A stretch of 63,530 nt of DNA, filler included. It is 5 parts of 5 records of this genome, joined end to end, with 100 filler letters (N's around TTAATTAATTAA, not from the genome) between each part and the next. Parts side by side here need not be neighbours in the genome. Positions count along the whole stretch, not along the records: positions 1 to 25,909 come from SRR20825019_951; 4 more parts are not named here. One strand, 5' to 3'. Position numbers and translations under genes: made by a program. Within the stretch, counting starts at the first letter, position 1; each line of letters begins with the position of its first letter. The notes below the pieces were generated by a model. That model worked only from the letters and a program-made list of their open reading frames with translations, did not search any database and was not told the origin of the DNA. This document shows, piece after piece, positions 11,302 through 24,700 of this stretch.

Positions 11302-13686
11302 TTAGTCCAGAAAAGGGGTCATGTCCACTATCGATGACCGTGGCGTGGGTGGCGGACGATCCGTAAGGACAGGGCCAAGTTTCGGATCCTCATATTTCCT
11401 GCGAAAGTGCCATCACGATCAGTCATGATCCCTCGTCATTCAGAAAACTAGCTTACTCGACAAGAGCTTGAATCTCGCTTTTCAACTTTGAGCGCCGTTT
11501 GCGGAGGACAGAAATATCAACGAGCATTAGTTTGAAGGTCATCGAGATGTTGGCCAAAATACGACTGACAGGACGTACTTTGACCGCCTACAAGGAACAT
11601 GCTTCAGAACAGCCAGGACAGTACCTCTGATTCCCCATACCGCCAGTCCCGTCATGATCAGCAAGAGAATAACATATACTGTGGTGGTAAGCCCGAGCAC
11701 AAGCGGCCCCAATGCCGAAACACCAAGAAGAGAGGGCAATGCCACCAGACTGCTGTAGAACACCTGTCCAATCTCAAGTTAGCCAGAAGGAAGGGAGCTT
11801 CCTTGACCTTAACCTGCCTTCATGGTTGCCTCAACAGAATGATCGTTGCTTTGAATAGCATTCGCTGTGGCCTTGTTCCTCGCCCACCACCCGATGGGAA
11901 CAAATATGAGGGTACTTCAAGCAAAGTAAATGCCAAGTGGCTCACATATTCTCTAGGGACCTACCCACACAAAGACAATGGCCACATAATCAGGAGCTCA
12001 GTGAACAACTCCGAAAACTTGCGATAAGGGTTGATCCGATTTCGTCTGCACATTCCCTGTTAGCGTGCTGAGCTAGAGGCGTGGGTACTCCTCACTTTTT
12101 GAAAGAATTCACCACATCTTTGTCCTTGATCTTCAACACATCCAACTCCTGCACAAGTAATAGTCATGTTGGGATATTTGTCGGCCTGCGTCCTCCCATG
12201 CGTTACCTCTTGATAAGCAGTGAGCTCCTGAAACAGAGCCTTGCCTTGAGCACTTCGCCCGGCCCTGCGGTAATAACCCTCCACGAATCGGCGAGTCAAC
12301 TCAGAGTACTCATCGAGGCGAAGACTACGATCTTCAGGGGCATAGACTACAGTACTCGTTAGAACATCCACATTGGCGGTGCTTGGTGAAACGTACTGTC
12401 GCGAGCCAGAGAAATCAGCTGGATAATGTCAATGTCACTTGCCCCAGGATATTCACCAGTTGCGGCCTGGTATGCCTTGCGGGCGGCCATCCTCTTATAG
12501 TTCAGACCCTGTATCCATCACGCACTAAGATAAGCACCACCCATATGAAACCTACCAACATTTGACGCACCTTCGCGTGGCGCTCTTTATCAACAGCATC
12601 AGAACGGAACTTCCCCACATTCTCGACGTCCACTTGCATAAGATACTTCTCATCTTCCTTGACTACAGAGTAGGCGGGAAGGGACAACTTATTCTCCTTG
12701 CAGTAATGTTCGAGCTCCACCACCCAATCAGGTGCATTCACTGTGCAAACTGTGAGGATCAAGCACGAACACTGTAGTGTTAAGAGTACCTGTAAGATCA
12801 CGGATCCGAGTTTCAAGATCCTTCGTGACTGTCTCCACGGCTCCGCCACGCTCGTTTTCACGGTACGACTTCCAACACCAAATGAGACAAAACCCTCACA
12901 ATTATGGCATCCACTACATGCACACTCACCTCAACACACTCTGGTGATGTTACAAATGGCCTTCCAAACCTTACCAGCACATCTGACCGGAACTTGGTTT
13001 TCTCTACGTATGTCAAACCGGTGGGAACGATGGGGACCTTTAGGCCTCTTTTGCTGAGCTCAAGGACGATGCGTGCCGTCCCAGTCTTGATTTCCTCCAG
13101 CTGGGCGCCGTCATGAGTAGTTCCCTCGGGAAATATGGCGACTGCAATTCCCTCCCCTAGAAGCCTGAAGCATTCCTGAAACATCTCTTCGTTGACTTTG
13201 GCCTAGCACATGTGTGAACTACAGAAGCCAAGCCAGTACCAGCGGCCACATACCCGTTCCTCCGCAGAGAGTTGCTTCTCCGGAGGGAGGTCTGGATCAT
13301 ACGCTTTCCCTAGTGACAACTGTTTAGACTGGGAGTTCATACAGCAATATCTTCCTACCAACTGGAATGCACTTGAGTGCACGCAGCATGGGTCCGCACA
13401 CCGGATGCTTGAACAGACTATGCTTAGCAACGCAAGAAACATGGCCACGACCACTTCTTATAGCTAGCACAATAGGATCCAATAGGCCAGATGGGTGATT
13501 TCCGGCGAATATGCATGGACCGGTCTATATTTCATTAGCTTTCCACAACTTTTCCGACTGAAGTGACCCTACCTTCGGGATTGCACTGGCTCCGCGGGCC
13601 TCAATCTTATCGAAGAATATTGCTTGTACTATCCAGGCATAACTGTACACCAGGTTATAAATTATGAAGTCTAGTATCGCTGACAT
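11302..13686 (-). CDS. Glycerol-3-phosphate/DHAP acyltransferase, PlsC superfamily, SCT1/GPT2-like (multi-exon)
   Basis: Start MSAILDFIIYNLVYSYAWIVQAIFF; catalytic HxxxxD in GNHPSGLLDP; AIFPEGTTHD...IKTGTARIVL; IVPTGLTY...KFRSDVLVRFG; TVNAPDW; ELTRRFVEGY; C-terminal hydrophobic helices. Confidence 0.85.
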
Positions 13687-14848
13687 GCCTCCACACACAG
13701 CCTAGCGCATATATGCTGAGTCAGTAGGGATACTGTTATTTTTAAATTAAGGCAAGGCTCTCGGCCCAACCAGCCACTGACGGGACGGCTGGCCGATGGA
13801 GTTACAAATTTCGACAGGCAGGGTGGTGTAGCAACAGTTCTGACGGAGGCTGGAGAACCGGACGACCCAGACTGACGGTCGACCTCCGCAGACGGGCTGC
13901 CTACCCGGAGCGGCGAAGTGAGATCCCGGATTCATAACGGACGGCGCCGGGGCCTGGCCACGGTCATGGCGGCCGGGCCGCCGGCTGAGCGGGCCCGGCG
14001 CCTCCGGCCGGTGACGCCACTCCGGCCCCCGCGCCCCCGGCCACCGCGGGGCGCCGCGGCTGCGGCCAAGGCCGGCCGTGGGTGACCGTGCCTGCGGTTC
14101 GGGCCTCAGTCCGCCCGGGGCGACGCGGGCGGCCGGCGGGATCCGTCCGGCTCATGATGAGGGATGAGGGGCCCAGCTCGGTCACACGATAGTATATATG
14201 TGTATATTAGAGAGTGCTTCTGGGCCATCCTCAAAGTTTTGAAGTTAACCGAACTGACCAGGCCGCCCGGTTGGGCGGCGCCCGAGCCGCCGCTGGCCAG
14301 TCATCGGGGCGGAGGGCCGCGGGCCAAACCGGCGGGCGCCCCGCCGCCGCCGCCGAGGCTCGTCGCGGCGGCCGCCCCGGCAGTCAGGACGGCGAAAGGC
14401 CGCGCCTCGCAGTGGGGCCGGCGGGCGGCCCGCACGGCGATGACCGCCGGATCGGATCACACTGACATCATTTGAAACGCGCGTTGCCGTCGCGCAGTGC
14501 GCGTGCCGCGGCGCCGCGCGCGGCCCGGCGCGGCGGCGGGCGACTGACCCGGACCCAGCCTGCCACACTTCTGAGACTCGGGCCAGCCCGACACGCCGAC
14601 TCCGGCGGGTGGGACACTCTCGCCACACCCTGGACGCAAGAGAGAGAGCTTGGTGTCTGGCAGCTGAGGCGGGCGGCCGGTCGGCGCGCCCGGGACCACC
14701 GAATGCCTGTTTTGGCGAAGCATATCCGCCGGACCGACGTGTCGGCAGCCGGCCCCATACCACACCTAATGGATCGCCCGCGGTGGAGCGGAACTCGAGC
14801 CGGTACTGCCGGTTGGGTTTCTCACTTCCACCAGCCTTGAGACTCCCA

Positions 14849-16247
14849 ATGGCCACCACACTTGATATATATAGTGAAAACCTAGATCTCTTGTTCGTAA
14901 ACCCATACATAACACAGCCCGACATGCTCGGGTCCGCAGAGTCAAGTGGGCCTCGAACTCAGGCGAAGTGGAGAATATCGCGGCAGAAAGGAGAAAACCG
15001 AGCTAAGAAGCTCAGTGACGGTGCCCGCGTAGCCAAGACTGTCAAGACTCCCTCTACCTTGGCGCCCCTCAGCGAAGAGTCAGTGGGTGTGGCGGAGACT
15101 TCGAGTAAGGGAACCGTTGCTTTGTCGGAGTATCTCGCCCCTATTCCTCGTTGTTGGGAGCGATGGGCTCGAGCTATGGGCTCTTATCTGAAAAGTGACC
15201 AGCCAGAGAAGTTTTTAGAGATTTACGACAGTATGCCATCAGGTGGGCATTTCATTGGTATCAGGCTTGAGTTCACGCTTAACATGTTTGCCGTGTAGAA
15301 ATGCCATTTGACCTCTTGGACACCATTAAGGAGAGAGCACGCGAGCTGTCAGAAAGTGAAACCATGTTGTTGCTACCGGAGGAGCCCACTCACATCACGT
15401 GGAAACGTCTCCGTGATATGCACCCCAAGGCTTGTTTTTTGTGCTTAGACTGCGCGGGCTACCATGGTCTGGGGGTATGTCGAAACGTGTGGGAAGCCTA
15501 TCGAGTGGACGAGGACAATTGCCAGGTGTGCAACGGCCTCCTGCCCAAGTCAGAGGAGAATGAGCAGGTGGTCAAGAGTGTTGTGCCAGAAATCACTCGG
15601 GAATCCACAAGCGTTGAGAGCTTGTCTGTGAAATGTAACAAGGTTGTAAAGGAGGTAGTGGCCGTTATTTCGTGCCAGGAAAGCTGTGGGCCAGTCGCAA
15701 CTGCGTTGAACCCCGACATAGAGAGTGAGAAGTCACGGAAGAGTGACCTTACGCCCACTAAGAAGAAGAAAAAGAAACTGAAATCTAAGCGAGGTGCGCA
15801 TGAAGAGCCAGGTTCGAACCCCATTGGGGATGGAGCAGCAAATGAAGTACCTAGTGGTGCAGATGGATCGGACAAGTCCGAAAAGGATGTGGTTTATGAC
15901 TTCTTCAAGATGCTGGTGAACATGCCCCGAACATCAGCGATAGAAGGTGTTCGTGTGTGTTGGGACGACTGAAGAGTGTTGACAAGAGGAGTCGAGGATA
16001 AGACATGGAAATCGAAGTGACACCAACCCAAGTTAGAGAGTGATTGGAGAATCGTTCCTTGAGCAGTGAAGTGCAACCTGCATTCAAGGAGGAGACTCAT
16101 GCCCTCTTTGAAGTTCATTGCACCACATTCGCCACGATATTTGGGCCAACTCAAGCAGCGCCAAAGTTCTCGGCATCTTTGGCGGCCATTGGTAACCGTG
16201 GTGAGCCCCCTTTGGCAGCCACATGGCGCATGATACGAGGACAGTAG
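14849..16247 (+). CDS. Hypothetical protein with a Cys/His cluster and a Lys-rich NLS-like patch (multi-exon; ends approximate)
   Basis: Consecutive + ORFs (14609-15298, 15301-15972, 16044-16247), the first two joinable by a GT-AG intron; CFLCLDCAGYHGLGVC...CQVC; PTKKKKKKLKSKR. Confidence 0.55.
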
Positions 16248-16653
16248 ACTTGTCATGGGGAGTAACTGAGACCTCGAAGAGCACAGCTTGGACAGTTGAG
16301 AATTCGGTTTTAGAACGGAGAACCGATGCAGTCTCCTGCCATTCAGTTCGGCGCGGCGGAGTGCAGCCTGACAGTGGTCGGAGATCATGCGATACCCAGG
16401 CTAGTGCCGGGCAGGTACGCGGCAGCCCACGCGCCCCCGGCCCGGGTCAGCGACTCGGCCCCGCCGTTCCCGTCACTGGCAGGCGGTCGGGGCCGGCCGG
16501 GGCCCGGGGGTGCCGGCCCAAGTGGTCAGTCGTCCGGCCCCCGCGGCCCGCCCGGGGACACCGCCCGCCGGCCGGCCGGCCAGGTCGCACTCAAACAATG
16601 TATAAAATTAACTCATACCTGAAAGTACCGCTGTTATACACCACATCTTCACA

Positions 16654-19600
16654 ATGGGGAGAGGTCCCAAGGGTGCCGCTGCAAGGCGAGACAGGCAGCC
16701 TCCCGGCTTCGGGCCGAAGTCACAGAAGGGAGGGCCGCAACAGCCAGTCGCGGGGGGTGGGAACTCCACCGAGCGAGTTGTCCTGGGGCAGACTGTGAGC
16801 ATGTCTGAGGAGAACGAGAAACTAGTCCTTGATTTGCTAGGAGACGTGAAAATAGAAACCAAGCAGTCCACTGCAACCACCTCGCGGAGGTTTAAGAAAG
16901 TGAGACAGGTGCTAGACAAGCTTTTGGATGAGGGCTTCTCCTTTGAGGCAGCGGAGAAAGCTCTATCCGCAACAGGTGGTGAGGATGCAGCTGCTGTGTT
17001 GGATTGGCTGTGCCTCAACCTAGATGAAGACGAGCTTCCGCGCAAGTACGTCTCACGCAAGGAAACGAAGGTTGACGCATCACAGTTAGAAACCCAGGCT
17101 CACGGAACACTGAAGCATGAGGAAGAGGGCCATGAGAGCGAGGGAGCAAGCTGCGGGGGTGAAGCTCATACTTGGGATGAAAGTGACGAGAAGATCCTTG
17201 CCAGTGCAAAGGCGGACACTGGGGAGCCGCCGTCCGCAGGAACAAGCCAAGAGGAAGTTGGAGAACGGAGAACAGAGCGTGACCTTGATGGAAAAGATAA
17301 GAACGCCTGTGCGCCTGTTGATACGAAAGCGTGGATTATGCAGCAGTACGATGAGTTTGAATCAAGCGAGGAGGAGTTGGATGAACTCTTGCTGGCTGGA
17401 GGGAGAGCACCACCCAAGAAGAAGAACTACACAGACGACGATATTCCTCACTTGCTTGATAAATTGCGGCAGTTGAAGGAAGCCGCCTTCTTTGCTGTTG
17501 GAAAGAAGAAGAGGGAGGTCAATGATGATATTCTTTCCACCCGCCGCATATTGTCCGAATTGGACCCCCACTCGCTGAAGCTCTTCGACAAAGAAGAGAA
17601 GGATAAAAAACGAAAGCAGAAGGAGAGTGACAGCAAACCAGACCCTGTTCAAGCAGGGGACGAGGCATTTGGCTCTCTATTTGACGAATCGAATGAGGAC
17701 GAAGGGAAGTATGTCAATACCATTGTCAAGGTACGACAGGCATCTCCAGGTCCATCACACATCCATGGCTCATTGTTTCTTTCAGGAGGGACCGCGCGAA
17801 AGGCCAGACCAGTGGAGTGGAAAAACACCAAAGCAGATCCTACAGGATTGGTGTCAGAAGAACAAATGCACCAAGCCGAAGTATGCCATTGTAGACAAAC
17901 GGGCTAACAGGGTATGTATACATTGGCGAATGTCCTTACAAGTGGCTTATCGCCCTCAAAAAAGTGTTCCGTGGAGTTTGCGCAGGCAAAGAAGTCACGC
18001 ACTTATATCCCTGAAGGATCGTTTTCGTCTATCCAGGATGGTCACAACGTTGCAGCAACACTTGCCTTGTATAGCCGCAATATGCACAAACCTTTGTACA
18101 GGATGCTGCCTCCTGTGTACAGGTAGATCGGTCTTTCACTTTGGCAACAACAAGCCTGACGCATGCAAATGTAGGGACATGTGGCTTGAGTGGGTAAAAG
18201 ATGCAGAGTATGAGAAACAGAAGTCTGAGACTGCGAAGAAGGAACAAGTGGACGCGATTGTTGGGCGAGTCCTGGGGTTGACGCTTGAGGAGATTGCGGA
18301 AATCACGGGAACAGTTGTGGAGCAGACGGAGACAACGACGACTGTGAGTCCCGCAGATGACAAGGCCCCTGCTATGGAGAAGGCCGATGACGAGGTTAAG
18401 GACTCGTGGGATGATTCGAGTGATGATGATCGTAAGCATGGAATACTGTGTAAGAGTCGTCTAGCGGTGTTGATTGCCTCACAGATGCAGCCCCAGAAAA
18501 GGAGACCAGGCCTGATGTCGCTGAAAGCTGGGAGAATCTCTCCAGCGATGGTGAGGGGGATTCGAGATGTGAAGCGAAAGCTGAGGATCCAAAGCCGAGT
18601 GTGCGCAAGAATCAGAGTCGGCGCTCTGACCAGAGAAGCAGGCCACTCGTAGATGACGAAGCAGCTAACCAAAAACACCGAGATGAAGTGATTGATCGCG
18701 AGGTAGGGCTTTTGCGGCTGGATCCTTGAAGCTGATGTGCTGACATACATGGTATAGACTAGCCCACATATGGAAAATATGCGTGCTACGCGTGCGGCAC
18801 TGCCGGTGAAGCAACATGAGAAGAAGGTTATAGACACTATCAGAAAATATCCGGTTACCGTCATCTGTGGTGAAACTGGGAGTGGAAAGTCGACACAGAT
18901 TCCCCAATTTATTTTGGATGATGCCGACAAGTCAGGCCGCGGCAGCATCACTCGTGTGGTGTGCACACAACCGCGCCGCATCTCTGCGATATCACTTGCT
19001 GAGCGTGTTGCGGTGGAACGCGGTGAGAGGGGCGTAGCGGGTCCTGATGGTCAGGTGGGATTTCATATTCGCTTGGAGAGCAAGATGACCGAGAATACTC
19101 GTCTTCTTTTTTGCACCACCGGCATTCTATTGCGTCGGCTGCAGTTAGATCCAGAGGATGCCCTGTCTGATGTATCTCATGTGATTGTGGATGAAGTTCA
19201 CGAACGTGACTTGCAGTCCGACTTTCTGTTGATTGTACTCAAGGAGATGCTGTCTCGTCGGCGAAAGCTGAAAATTGTCCTAATGTCGGCAACCATCAAT
19301 GCCCAGCTGTTCAGTGACTACTTCAAATCGGCACCAATCATAGAAATTCCTGGGCGCACCTACCCCGTGACAGTGCATTACCTAGAGAGTGTTTTGCCCA
19401 TGGTGCGGCCGGGAGTGGACAACGCAGTGCTACCAGAGAATCTGGACGATGAGTATATCGACTATGAACTCGCCGAGGACCTGTTGTACCACATCTCAAC
19501 AAAGGAGGAACCCGGAGCCATATTGGTCTTCTTGCCTGGACTATTGGAAATAGAGAATCTCTACGATCGCCTGACTAGCAATCGGACTTTCAACAGGAAG

Positions 19601-21702
19601 CATTATTCTATTGTGACTTTACACAGCAGCTTGAGTGCCACAGAACAGGTTAGGAATGTGTGCAGAATGACCCGTTCGGTTCTGATCATGTTCCAGGCAC
19701 GCGTGTTTGAGCGACCCCCGAAGGGAGTTCGCAAGATTGTAATTGCCACCAACATCGCGGAAACGTCGATTACGATCGATGACATAGTCTATGTAATCGA
19801 TTGCGGCAAGGAGAAGATCAACACCTATGACAAGTATGATCATATGTGGCCCCGTTAGTATTCTCTAACAACATCCTCAGTACAAAGCGCATGGCTTGTC
19901 TTGTGGAACATTGGGTTTCCCGCGCAAGTGCTAATCAGAGGGCCGGGCGCGCTGGACGAGTCAAGGCCGGTGTGTGCTATAGGTTATATACATCGTGTCG
20001 ATACAATGAGATGATGAAGCCTTTCCGTGCACCGGATATTCTTCGTGCACCGCTGACGGAGCTTTGCCTCCAGGTATAAGGCATGGTCCTAAGCCCGATT
20101 TTCCTGATAGTTGTTGTAGATTCTTGTTCTCGATCTTGGCAACGTCTACAGTTTTTTGTCTCGAGCATTAGAGCCCCCTTCAGTCAAGGCTATTGACTCA
20201 GCGATGGCCACATTGAGAGAGGTGACACAAGTCTGTGTAGGTACTAGGAGCCGTCTAGTCTCACGCTTCCATTCCATCAGGTCAGTGCCATCGACGAGAA
20301 ATCATCATTGACACCACTGGGTTATCACCTGTCCGCGTTACCGGTCGACGTGGTGAGTCCATATTCTTGAAGGGACGGCGCCCTCGCTAACTTCATATTT
20401 CAGCACATTGGGAAAATGATGCTCTTTGGCGCTATGTTCCAGTGCCTGGAGCCAGTTCTGATAATCGCCGCTAGTATGAGCTACAAGTCCCCTTTTGTGT
20501 CACCAATAGACAAAAGGGCCGAAGCTGACGCTGCGCAGGCTGCGTTCGGTACAGCAAAGTAAGTCATTAAGAATGCCCTCTCCGATTGCGTTTGACAGGC
20601 TCATTGCAGAAGTGATCACTTGGCGATGCTGAAAGCTTACAAAGGCTGGCAGAAACATCGCGCCTTGGTACGTGGCGTGTTTACATATTCTTCTTATTAT
20701 GTGTCTTATGATTCGTGCTCAGAGCACGGAGCGAGCATATTGCAATCAGCACTTCTTGAGCGCTACGACACTAAAGCAGATCGAACTGCTGACTTCGCAG
20801 TTTGCCCAGGTATATTTTTCCCCGCTGGGATGTAAATGTTGCTCCGTGTTGATTAGATGACTTGCCACAGCTCCTACAATCTATTGGTTTCGTGGACAAG
20901 GGCCGTGTAGTCAGGTGAAGACGCCTTGCCCCTTCCAACCTTCCTATATGTTGTTAACACCAATTCCAGGGACACTCAACGGTACGGCAAGATCATTGGG
21001 GTGTCTGATGAGATGAACAAGCGCGCGGATAATGTTCCCTTGGTGAAAGCAGTTATCACTGCTGGCCTCTACCCCCATGTGGTGAGAGTGGAGAAGGCTC
21101 ACAACCGATTCCGATATTTCTGTGACAAGGTAGGCTGAATGGAGAGTTTTTGCTATTATGTGGAGGTGAAAGACCACACGATTCAACTGAGCTCCCATTT
21201 GTGCGCAGGAGGAAGTCTTCATACATCCTCGCTCAGTCAATGCCAAGACAACTATGTTCGAGTCACCTTGGCTTGTGTATCATGAGAAAGTTCGCTCGAC
21301 CAGGATATATATACGCGACTGCAGCATGATCAGCAATTACTCCTTGCTGTTATTTGGTGGAGCAATATCAGTGCAGCACACCGAAAATGTAAGCACTCCT
21401 TTCAGTCCTATTCGATTGTGACTGTTCTGACTGTCAGCGTAGGTGCTTTGTGTGGACAGCTGGATGCGAATGACAGCCCCAGCGAAGACTGGCGTGATTT
21501 TTAAGCACCTTCGAAAGGAGGTGGACAAACTTTTTCAGGCAAAAATTTCGGGTATGATAGAACGCTATGTGCTGAAGTGGACGGCGACTTCAATTTATTC
21601 TAAACTCTGTCTACAGATCCGCACATTGATCTTCTCTCAGTAGGCAGGAATTTGGTGAATGCACTTGTTCAGCTCATCTCTACCGAAGGCAATTCATCAT
21701 AA
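16654..21702 (+). CDS. DEAH-box RNA helicase, DHX29/DHX57-like, with UBA-like and dsRBD-like N-terminal domains (multi-exon)
   Basis: GETGSGKSTQIPQF, CTQPRRISAISLAERVA, DEVHER, MSAT, LVFLPG, ATNIAETSITIDD, QRAGRAGRV, LTPLGYHL, SDHLAML, FIHPRSVN; N-terminal AVLDWLCLNLDEDELP and WSGKTPKQILQDWCQK. Confidence 0.92.
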
Positions 21703-21731
21703 ACTGTTTCTATATTTAGAACTTCGTCATT

Positions 21732-24700
21732 CTAGTCCATATGCCCATCAAAACCAAGGAAACCCTGCCAGCGGTGCTTGGTATGGCTTTCTGTGGTATC
21801 TGCAGCAGCACATTGAGCTATGATGGATGCTTTCAATTAGATCCTTACCTGTGTATGTGACCTCAACAACATCGCCCTGGACACAGATCATGGAATACGC
21901 TTGGGTCTTGTAGTTCTTATCTTCTATGCGGCAATGGGAGATTTCAAACCCGATCATGGCGTTTCCGCCTCGCGACTGCACATTTGCTCGAGTAATAGCC
22001 AACACCTTGAACACATCACGTATTTCAACATCGAGACAAAAATGCGCAATCAGTTTCGATACCTGTGACAAAAACGTATGTGCAAAGCCTCCAAGGCCTC
22101 CCTCGTCCCTGATGGTCCAGCTTTCCTTGATGTGGTAGATGAAGAGCGGCCCAAGAGACCGCTCTATCCGGGCACCAGGTACATAACTCAAGGGAGATAG
22201 CTCAATGATCTTGGATATATGCCCTGATTCTCCCAGTGCCTCCTGCATGAGCAATTAGCCTGCAGATCTCAAATCGTGAGATTATCCCATACATTAATTC
22301 CCTCTAGTGACAACGATAGTGGGATGCGAGATGTTCCCGGAGTGGCGGGCTCCTCAAGCCGGAAGTCGTCTGCAAGCATTTCGCCCGTACTCTTTGGCTG
22401 CTGGTCGTGTGTCCGCTGAGCAGGCACGCCAGTCACGGTGACGGGAGGAGGCATGGGGCTCTTTCCCGATAGAACAACACCGGGATCTTCGCAGGGTACC
22501 GTTGACACTACCAGGCCGGTCACCAAAAGTTCAAGGCAGTCTCCAGGTAACTGCACTTGCATATTCAACCCTGTCAACGTACAAGGGAAGAAGTGTTTCA
22601 TCTAAGATTTGATTAGCATCGGTAACAGGCATACAATCGATTGGACGAACCTTAAATATAATCGACCCATACATCTCCTCAAATAGTACGCACAATTTCT
22701 GGTTGATATGCCTTCCCTTTCCTGAGCTCGAGAATGGGAACCGTCTCATAGCGGTAAAGAGCTGTAGCGCAACACCATCGGATACATTGACACCAGGTAA
22801 TGTAGAGGTATTGCACATATTGATGTTGGAGGGCCGCTCGGGCTCCAAGATAACAGCCATGATATCTTCATCAACGTCGTCATCAATCTGTGTACGCATG
22901 CCAATTAGACTCATTGCTGAATAGGTGTCTCCTAAACACACACCTCAACAACGGCGCCAGCCTCCTCGGGATTCTCCTTCTCCGACTCAGAACTATCCGA
23001 TTCCGAATCGGAACCAGCAGATACAGATGACATCGAGGAACACGATCTGGTAAGCAGGAACGTTATCTACTATTACAACCTGACTCTCCAGCAACAACTC
23101 ACGAATTTCTTCTTCGGAAACCCCTGGGAAGCTGTGGAGGATAGTGCCCAGCCTTCTTCTCGTACATCGCTTTGACTTCGGCGCAATTGTCAATACTTTG
23201 CTGCTCCAGAGTAAGCTGTATCTCAACCAAACCAATGTCTTCTTCATCAACAGTGGTAATATTTCGCTGTACCCTAAATGGTAGTGGTGTGGGAAGCGCG
23301 TCTGCGTAAATTCCAGTCACAGATATAGTTCCCACAATCATTGATTCGCCAACGCAGATGTTGGATCGCAGCCCAAATGCAGCATTAAGTCCACGAACTC
23401 GAAGCTTGTGAACAAGCACCTTATGCAAGTCATACTCTAAGAACGGCACAGCCTCGCTAAGGTATATCGCGCCCTGCTCGCCCTGGACCCGCTTCTTGGG
23501 CCGGCACACGCGGGCCTCAACATAATGGCCCGGTCCCGAAACAAATATCCCTTCTGGAATCTCGCACGTTGCCAGTAGAATCTCTGGAACGTACTTTTCC
23601 TTGCACACTCCGCATTTGACTACCCTCATAGGGAATGGAGCAGAGCGCCGCCTGTATGGGGCATGGAATGGTGCGCAGCAAGAACCTGAACAAAAAAATG
23701 AGACGAGAGGGTCCATGGGACAAATATCTACTAGTTACCTTTGCTGCGTGCCGAGGGTTTCCGTAAGTTTCGCTTTTCGTCTTCTCCCACAGGGAACGAT
23801 CGCTGAGGCTATGGCGCAACACGGTCAGTTTCGCTTTGGACACCAAGGCCCACGAAACGTACTAGTATGGATGGATGGGCCGGCAAATCTCCACCTGCCC
23901 GGAAGGACTCCATTCTCACTGCGGTCCCCGCAGCAGACAATAGGCACGAGTCCTGGTTAATACTAATTGATTCACGGTATGCTGCAACAGAGGCACACAC
24001 TAAGTTCCCATTCACTACAAAAATTAACATATTTGTACCGATGACGTAAGAGCAGCCAAGTGCCCGTGCGTGCGAACGAATTTCTTCGCGGAGCTCATTC
24101 CACCATGAGTCCCTCGCCTCTTGAATACGATCTCGACGTGTTGACGTCAGCAACTTGATGCTCTTTGCTGATACGACTCCACCGATTCTCAATATCTTTC
24201 CCGCGGGAAATGAAGAAATCGTCAGCAACTGGACCCCCTCCATTGGTGCCTTATGCTTCTTTTCTTTCCGCTGTCCTCCCAGTAGATCCTTCTGCGACAT
24301 ATTATTGGGGGCCGAACCCGAGTCGCCCGGGCTGAAATCTCGGGATAGCAAGCCAGCAGGATTCTGTGAGTGTTGCTGAGGAAATGTCACCAGCATCGGT
24401 CTGGTGATACTTACGCTGTGGCGGCGAGGGGACATAGTGGGCGACATACTTGGAATGGTGGCGCTTGTTGGGCTTGCCGAGAGCCCAGGTGAAAATACTT
24501 GCTCCCTCACGAGAGTGACAGCAGTGCCCGTAGCACGGGCTAACAGAACTCCCGAATCACTTTCGAAATCAAAAGTATGGTTGAAGCCTATCACGGCATT
24601 ACATCCATTATCTTGCACCTGTCTGCCCAGCAATCTTCTCAATTTTCTAATTGGGGATAGTGAGTTAGAGTTTCACTTAAGAAACAGTAAGTGTCAAGAA

